Assembly (NCBI GenBank): GCA_018711755.1
Contig: DVHY01000170.1
Span: 1-42,656 of the forward strand
Source: Candidatus Limivicinus faecipullorum
Lineage (GTDB): Bacteria > Bacillota > Clostridia > Oscillospirales > Oscillospiraceae
DNA length: 42,656 bases
Direction: 5' to 3'
This document shows positions 38,436 through 42,656 of the stretch, one piece after another (position 1 is the first letter of the stretch; each line of letters opens with the position of its first letter). The notes beneath the pieces were generated by a model, which did no database searches, was not told the DNA's origin, and saw only the letters and a program-made list of their open reading frames with translations. The position numbers and the translations under genes are program-made.

Positions 38436-38483
38436 ATAAAAGCTGTTCAATCAGCGAAACACAAGCAAGGAGGTGCTTCAATA

Positions 38484-38672
38484 ATGGCAAAGTGCGAATT
38501 TTGCGACAAGGGCGTTACCTTCGGCATTAAGGTCAGCCATTCCCACAGACGGACCAACCGTGCATGGAAGCCCAATGTGAAGCGCGTCAAGGCCATCGTG
38601 GACGGTAGCCCCAAGCATGTCTACGTCTGCACTCGCTGCCTCCGCAGCGGCAAGGTCACCCGCGCTGTGTAA
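38484..38672 (+). CDS. rpmB: 50S ribosomal protein L28
   Basis: The protein reads MAKCEFCDKGVTFGIKVSHSHRRTNRAWKPNV and is 62 aa. An AAGGAGG ribosome binding site precedes it. Confidence 0.92.
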   Translation: MAKCEFCDKGVTFGIKVSHSHRRTNRAWKPNVKRVKAIVDGSPKHVYVCTRCLRSGKVTRAV

Positions 38673-38701
38673 TTTTAATCTTATTTAAATTACCCGAAAC
38701 A

Positions 38702-38731
38702 AGCCTGTCTGCTGAAAAGACGGGCTTTTTT
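38702..38731 (+). terminator. intrinsic terminator after rpmB
   Basis: The stem is AGCCTGTCT/AGACGGGCT with one G-U pair. TTTTTT follows. Confidence 0.65.
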
Positions 38732-38777
38732 CGGTTCTATGGGGGAAAAGGCCCCGGGGCCGCCGGAAGCAAGACGC

Positions 38778-38806
38778 TTGACCGGAGAAGGGCTCTGTGG
38801 TATTTT
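38778..38806 (+). promoter_or_regulatory. possible promoter of the lipoprotein gene
   Basis: TTGACC, a 17-nt spacer, then TATTTT. Confidence 0.3.
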
Positions 38807-38863
38807 CTGAATACGGCCCCTCCCCCAAGGGAGGACAGGGCCGAGGCAAAAGGAGATGAATAA

Positions 38864-39571
38864 ATGAAGAAGCTGAAAAAGACTGCCGTTTTGCTGACGG
38901 TCCTGGCCCTGGCCCTGAGTCTCAGCGCCTGCGGCGAGAGCGAGCTGACGGGGACCTGGAAGGGCAGGCTGGATATGAGCCAGCAGGCGGCGGCCCGGAC
39001 GGAGGCGGCCCTGGAGGGCTTTGCCCCGGCCGGGGATACGGAGAGCGGGACGCCGGAGCTGAAAGACTGTCTGGGCGGGTTCAGCTTCGGATATACCATA
39101 GTCTTCAGCGAGGACGGCAGCTTCAGCGCCGGGGCCGATGAAGAGGAGCTTGCAGCCTGCCTTGAGTCCCTGAGGGAGAGCATAAAGGAGTATTACAGGC
39201 AGCGCCTGTTCGTGAGCCTGAGCCGGACTGCGGAGGAGATGGGCCTGGCCTCGGGGGTAAGCGGGCCGGAACAGCTGGAGTCGCTGATGGGCGTCTCCCT
39301 GGACGAGGCCATATCGGAGGTCCTTGGGGTGGACCTGGAGGAGCTGGCGGAGCTGGCCCTGGCTGAGCTCCGCGCCGGACTGTCCGGGCTGGAGCTTGAG
39401 GGCAGCTGCGAATCCGGCGACGGGGAGCTTGTCCTCTCCGTCGGGGCTGGGGAGTCCGCCCGGCTCAGCTATGTCCTGGAGGGGGACAGGCTCAGCCTGA
39501 GGGCGCCGGGCGCCGGGTATCTTTTCGGCCTGGAGGGGCTGAGCTCCCTGGAACTGAGCCGGGCCTCCTGA
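38864..39571 (+). CDS. hypothetical lipoprotein
   Basis: The signal peptide MKKLKKTAVLLTVLALALSLSAC ends in a lipobox. An AAAGGAG ribosome binding site is present. I do not recognise the mature domain. Confidence 0.6.
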   Translation: MKKLKKTAVLLTVLALALSLSACGESELTGTWKGRLDMSQQAAARTEAALEGFAPAGDTESGTPELKDCLGGFSFGYTIVFSEDGSFSAGADEEELAACLESLRESIKEYYRQRLFVSLSRTAEEMGLASGVSGPEQLESLMGVSLDEAISEVLGVDLEELAELALAELRAGLSGLELEGSCESGDGELVLSVGAGESARLSYVLEGDRLSLRAPGAGYLFGLEGLSSLELSRAS

Positions 39572-39620
39572 GACCGGGAAAGATAAAGGAAAAAATAAGG
39601 AAAGAATAAAGGAAAAACAG

Positions 39621-39655
39621 ACGCCGGGCCTGACTGTAAAAGTCAGGCCCGGCGT
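39621..39655. terminator. 15-bp hairpin between convergent genes (bidirectional terminator)
   Basis: ACGCCGGGCCTGACT-gtaaa-AGTCAGGCCCGGCGT. The T-run is better on the minus strand (TGTTTTT). Confidence 0.65.
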
Positions 39656-39674
39656 ATTTGCGGCCGTTTTGTCC

Positions 39675-40406
39675 TCAGTGGCCGGAGGGCTTGCGGTAGA
39701 GCATGTTCTTTTCCCTGGTGCGGTCGGCGTAGGCCAGGTCCGCAAAGACTATCAGCAGCAGCACCCCTGCGCCCCAGATGGAGGGGCCGCCGAAAATGCC
39801 TGCGGCCAGGGTGGAGACCACGGCTCCGGCGGCAAAGGAGCAGAGCATCAGCAGATGCACCCGGAAGCGGCGGCGGATGGAGGCGTCCTCCCGGTGTCTC
39901 AGCCCCCGGGTGAGCAGCACCCCCACCTGGCGCACGTGGTTGGTGCAGAAGGTGGTGGACATGGGTATGTGCTCGGCCTGGCGGAAGGTGTTGTACTGCA
40001 TGGAGCAGATGAAGTTTATGCTCACCTGGGAGATTTGGAAGGGCCAGCTGTCGGGGATGAAGCCCAGCAGCAGCACGGTGATGAGCTCTATGCCCACCAG
40101 CATGGTGTCCCAGCGGAGGAAGTGGAGCCGCTTGACCCGGTTGGGCAGCAGCTCGGAGATGACAGCCCCCAGGATATAGGCGCCGATGGGGATAAGGTAG
40201 TAGAGGGCCCGGCTCCACTGGCCGTTGCCCAGGGCCATGGACAGCAGCACCACGTTTGCGGTCTGGGCGTTGCAGAAGACGCCGCCTCTCAGGGAATAGG
40301 TAAAGGCGCCCAGGTAGCCGCCGGCGGCTATGAGCAGGGCGAATATCCATATCTTTTCACATTCCAGCACCGGCTCTTCCCGGCGCGGCTCCGGCTGGCA
40401 GTCCAT
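39675..40406 (-). CDS. YoaK/DUF1275-family membrane protein
   Basis: A GAAGGAGGAG ribosome binding site is present. GGYLGAFTY..RGGVFCNAQTAN..L is typical of DUF1275. The protein has 6-7 TM segments. Confidence 0.8.
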   Translation of the reverse strand: MDCQPEPRREEPVLECEKIWIFALLIAAGGYLGAFTYSLRGGVFCNAQTANVVLLSMALGNGQWSRALYYLIPIGAYILGAVISELLPNRVKRLHFLRWDTMLVGIELITVLLLGFIPDSWPFQISQVSINFICSMQYNTFRQAEHIPMSTTFCTNHVRQVGVLLTRGLRHREDASIRRRFRVHLLMLCSFAAGAVVSTLAAGIFGGPSIWGAGVLLLIVFADLAYADRTREKNMLYRKPSGH

Positions 40407-40429
40407 ATATCTCCTCCTTCAATATTAAT

Positions 40430-40454
40430 CCCGGCCGCTCGAAGAGCGGCCGGG
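40430..40454 (-). terminator. GC hairpin after rplA (weak U-run)
   Basis: The stem is CCCGGCCGCT/AGCGGCCGGG. On the minus strand it is followed by ATTAATATT, then the yoaK ribosome binding site. Confidence 0.4.
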
Positions 40455-40478
40455 AAGGCATCGACTGTGTTGCTTTTA

Positions 40479-41171
40479 TCAGAGCTGCTTCTGGGCGTTG
40501 ATCTTCACGCCGGGGCCCATGGTGGAGGCGGTGACGCAGGAGCGGATGTACTGACCTTTCGCAGCTGCGGGCTTGGCCTTGATGATGGCGCCGATGAGGG
40601 CGGCGTAGTTCTCGTAGAGCTTCTCTGCGCCGAAGCTGACCTTGCCGATGGGGCAGTGGATAATGTTGGTCTTGTCCAGACGGTACTCCACCTTACCGGC
40701 TTTGGCCTCGGAGATGGCCTGCTTCAGGTTGGGGGTGACGGTGCCGGCCTTGGGGGAGGGCATCAGGCCCTTGGGGCCCAGGACTTTACCAAGACGGCCG
40801 ACGGTGCCCATCATATCGGGGCTGGCGATAACGGTGTCGAACTCGAACCAGTTCTCCTTCTGGATCTTCTCCACCAGGTCCATGCCGCCGGCGTAGTCGG
40901 CGCCTGCCTCCAGGCACTCCTCCTTGCGCTCGTCCTTGCAGAAGACCAGGACGCGGACGGTCTTGCCGGTGCCGTTGGGCAGCACGATGGCGCCGCGGAC
41001 CTGCTGGTCGGCGTGACGGCCGTCAACGCCCAGCTTCACGTGGAGCTCCACGGTCTCGTCGAACTTGGCCTTGCTGGCGCTGATGACCAGCTTCAGGGCC
41101 TCCATGGGGTCATAGAGGGCCTGCTTATCTATGAGCTTTGCGCTCTCTTTGTAATTTTTACCTCTAAACAA
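40479..41171 (-). CDS. rplA: 50S ribosomal protein L1
   Basis: The TTG start has AGGAGG 7 nt upstream. [26 protein letters not shown] is present. Confidence 0.92.
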   Translation of the reverse strand: MFRGKNYKESAKLIDKQALYDPMEALKLVISASKAKFDETVELHVKLGVDGRHADQQVRGAIVLPNGTGKTVRVLVFCKDERKEECLEAGADYAGGMDLVEKIQKENWFEFDTVIASPDMMGTVGRLGKVLGPKGLMPSPKAGTVTPNLKQAISEAKAGKVEYRLDKTNIIHCPIGKVSFGAEKLYENYAALIGAIIKAKPAAAKGQYIRSCVTASTMGPGVKINAQKQL

Positions 41172-41230
41172 TTTGATTTCCTCCTAATAATGTGGTTGAG
41201 TCGGATGGATAAATCCTCCCACGTTTAGGC

Positions 41231-41656
41231 TCAGTCTCCAACGACTACGCCCATGGAGCGGCAGGTACCGGCGATCATGCTCATGGCGGACTCGATGTCG
41301 GTGCAGTTGAGGTCGGGCATTTTCTGCTCGGCGATCTTGCGGACATCTTCCTTGCTGATGGTGGCCACCTTGTCCCTCTGGGGCACGCCGGAGGCGGTCT
41401 CGATGCCGCAGGCCTTCTTGATAAGCAGGGCGGCAGGAGGAGTCTTGGTGATGAAAGTGAAGCTGCGGTCGGAGTACACGGTGATGACGACGGGGATCAT
41501 CATGCCCATATCGCCCTTGGTGCGCTCGTTGAAGTCCTTGGTGAACTGACCGATGTTTATACCGTACTGGCCCAGAGCGGGGCCGACGGGGGGCGCCGGA
41601 GTTGCCTTACCGGCGGGAACCTGGAATCTAACGTATCCAACAACTTTCTGTGCCAT
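41231..41656 (-). CDS. rplK: 50S ribosomal protein L11
   Basis: The protein reads [35 protein letters not shown] and is 141 aa. Confidence 0.93.
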   Translation of the reverse strand: MAQKVVGYVRFQVPAGKATPAPPVGPALGQYGINIGQFTKDFNERTKGDMGMMIPVVITVYSDRSFTFITKTPPAALLIKKACGIETASGVPQRDKVATISKEDVRKIAEQKMPDLNCTDIESAMSMIAGTCRSMGVVVGD

Positions 41657-41679
41657 TTAAAGCACCTCTTTCTTAAATT

Positions 41680-42204
41680 TTAATGTTTGATGACTTCCAC
41701 CTGGTCCAGCTCCAGATCCACGGGGGTCTCTCTGCCGAACATGGACACCACCACACGGACCCGGTTTTTATCCGGCTCCAGCTCGTCCACTACGCCAAGG
41801 AAGCCTGCCAGAGGCCCGTCGTTGACCTTGACCTCGTCGCCCAGGCCGTAGCCCACCACGATCTCCCGGCGTTCCACGCCCAGGTCGTAGATCTCCTGCT
41901 CCGTGAGGGGGACGGCCTTGCCGTCGGAGCCCACGAAGCCGGTGGCGCCGCGCACGTTGTGGATAAGGTGCCAGCTGTCGTCGGTGAGTATCATCTTCAC
42001 CAGCACGTAGCCGGGGAACACCTTGCGCTCGACGGTTTTCTCGCCGGCGTCGGTGTATTCGGTGACGGTCTCCATGGGGATGTTGACTTCCTTGATGAGG
42101 TCCGTCATCTTTCTGTTTTCCGCAGCCTTCATCACGGCGGCGGCAACAGCGTTTTCATACCCTGAGTAGGTATGGACCACATACCATTTCGCTTCTTCGG
42201 CCAT
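41680..42204 (-). CDS. nusG: transcription termination/antitermination factor NusG
   Basis: The NGN domain reads KWYVVHTYSGYEN. The KOW motif reads GDEVKVNDGPLAGFLGVV. Confidence 0.92.
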   Translation of the reverse strand: MAEEAKWYVVHTYSGYENAVAAAVMKAAENRKMTDLIKEVNIPMETVTEYTDAGEKTVERKVFPGYVLVKMILTDDSWHLIHNVRGATGFVGSDGKAVPLTEQEIYDLGVERREIVVGYGLGDEVKVNDGPLAGFLGVVDELEPDKNRVRVVVSMFGRETPVDLELDQVEVIKH

Positions 42205-42209
42205 GTCGC

Positions 42210-42482
42210 TTAACCTGCCAGGGTGAGCAGCCCGTTGACCAGCATGGTAGCCAGTTCGTCAAAGCCCCAAAGGACGATTGCGGAAGCAAACATCACGCCG
42301 AGGGAGATGAGCACGTTCTTACCCAGAGTCTGGGGGGTAGGCCATATGACCTTTTTCAGTTCGCTCTTCATCTCACGGAACCAGCGGACTATCCTCTGAA
42401 AGAAGCCGGGCTTGACGTCGTCCTTTTTGACGGCGGTGACAGCCTTGCTGGGTGCGCTGCCGCGTTTCTTTTCTTCAGCCAT
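42210..42482 (-). CDS. secE: preprotein translocase subunit SecE
   Basis: ELKKVIWPT is followed by a single C-terminal TM segment. I prefer ATG 42482 over the track's GTG 42488 on ribosome-binding-site spacing. The position between rpmG and nusG is canonical. Confidence 0.8.
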   Translation of the reverse strand: MAEEKKRGSAPSKAVTAVKKDDVKPGFFQRIVRWFREMKSELKKVIWPTPQTLGKNVLISLGVMFASAIVLWGFDELATMLVNGLLTLAG

Positions 42483-42503
42483 TTTCACGCATCCTTTCAG
42501 AAC

Positions 42504-42656
42504 TTACTTGGTTTCCACATGCTTGGTGTGCTTTCTGCAGAAGGGGCAATATTTGCTGCGCTCCAAACGGTCGGAAGTATTCTTCTTGTTCTTGACCGTG
42601 TTGTAGTTCCTCTGCTTGCATTCTTCGCATCTGAGTGTGATTTTAACTCTTGCGCC
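42504..42656 (-). CDS. rpmG: 50S ribosomal protein L33 (5' end cut by window edge)
   Basis: My own translation is [50 protein letters not shown]. Only about 1 codon is missing. Confidence 0.85.
   Translation of the reverse strand, partial: GARVKITLRCEECKQRNYNTVKNKKNTSDRLERSKYCPFCRKHTKHVETK

Noticed and set aside
38302-38490. 62-aa minus-strand ORF in the hprK/rpmB divergent promoter region
   Set aside because: It overlaps the rpmB start and both candidate promoters. It has no ribosome binding site. The sequence is AT-rich and promoter-like rather than coding.
39669-41228. 519-aa plus-strand ORF spanning the yoaK and rplA regions
   Set aside because: It is antisense to two well-supported genes and crosses their intergenic terminator. 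It has Gly/Ala/His-rich composition and no ribosome binding site. It is an artefact of GC bias.
41172-41230. Possible L1 autoregulatory rRNA mimic in the 59-nt rplK-rplA spacer (GUGGGAGGAUUUAUCCAUCCGACUC on the mRNA)
   Set aside because: I could not fold a convincing helix: the only stems are 3-4 bp with 2-nt loops. I also cannot recall the L1 binding consensus precisely enough to claim a match. A cmscan against ribosomal-protein leader models would be the proper test.
1-42656. Scan for tRNA/rRNA genes, CRISPR repeats, IS/transposase, integrase, phage or toxin-antitoxin/defence genes
   Set aside because: No regularly spaced direct repeats, no cloverleaf-like conserved tRNA boxes in the spacers, and no ORF with transposase/integrase/recombinase motifs were seen. 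The small GIY-YIG protein is the common stand-alone housekeeping type and is not part of a recognisable defence cassette. GC content appears uniform, so I see no evidence of a recently acquired island.

Overview
This is a GC-rich chromosomal segment (about 60% G+C by eye, with strong G/C bias at third codon positions). It looks like a Gram-positive, Clostridia-like bacterium: GGAGG-type ribosome binding sites, HprK, WhiA, RapZ, DnaE and a CotH-family gene. I call about 50 protein genes. Most are on the minus strand and tightly packed, with many ATGA/GTGA/TAATG start-stop overlaps.

Housekeeping blocks:
- xpt, two flavoproteins and ansA (128-4574)
- rarA, DUF951, GIY-YIG and an acyltransferase (13085-15777)
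- nth and ogt (16713-17904)
- a two-component system, pepP and efp (24270-28098)
- hprK-murB-rapZ-whiA-dnaE followed by two paralogous AT3 acyltransferases (28843-38265)
- rpmB
- rpmG-secE-nusG-rplK-rplA at the right edge (rpmG is cut by the window end)

Poorly understood content:
- a translationally coupled four-gene operon (6206-11226): CotH kinase, a VTC polyphosphate-polymerase-like protein, a DUF4956 membrane protein and a Cthe_2159-like lipoprotein. This is my best candidate for an uncharacterised envelope system.
- two small XRE-HTH plus membrane-protein modules with TTGACA-containing repeats
- a DUF3267 HExxH membrane protein
- a KdpDE-like orphan two-component system and a second two-component system flanking a DD-carboxypeptidase
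- an acidic zinc-ribbon protein after efp
- a 313-bp non-coding spacer (20408-20720) with phased A-tracts, repeats and a branched hairpin
- a terminator/promoter/SD-sequestering hairpin at 19746-19807
- a 58-codon DUF951 ORF that is missing from the ORF track

I recognised no rRNA, tRNA, CRISPR array, transposase, integrase or phage genes. Most long ORFs in the track that lie antisense to these genes are GC-bias artefacts. All functional calls rest on my own recognition of motifs and family signatures; no search was run.
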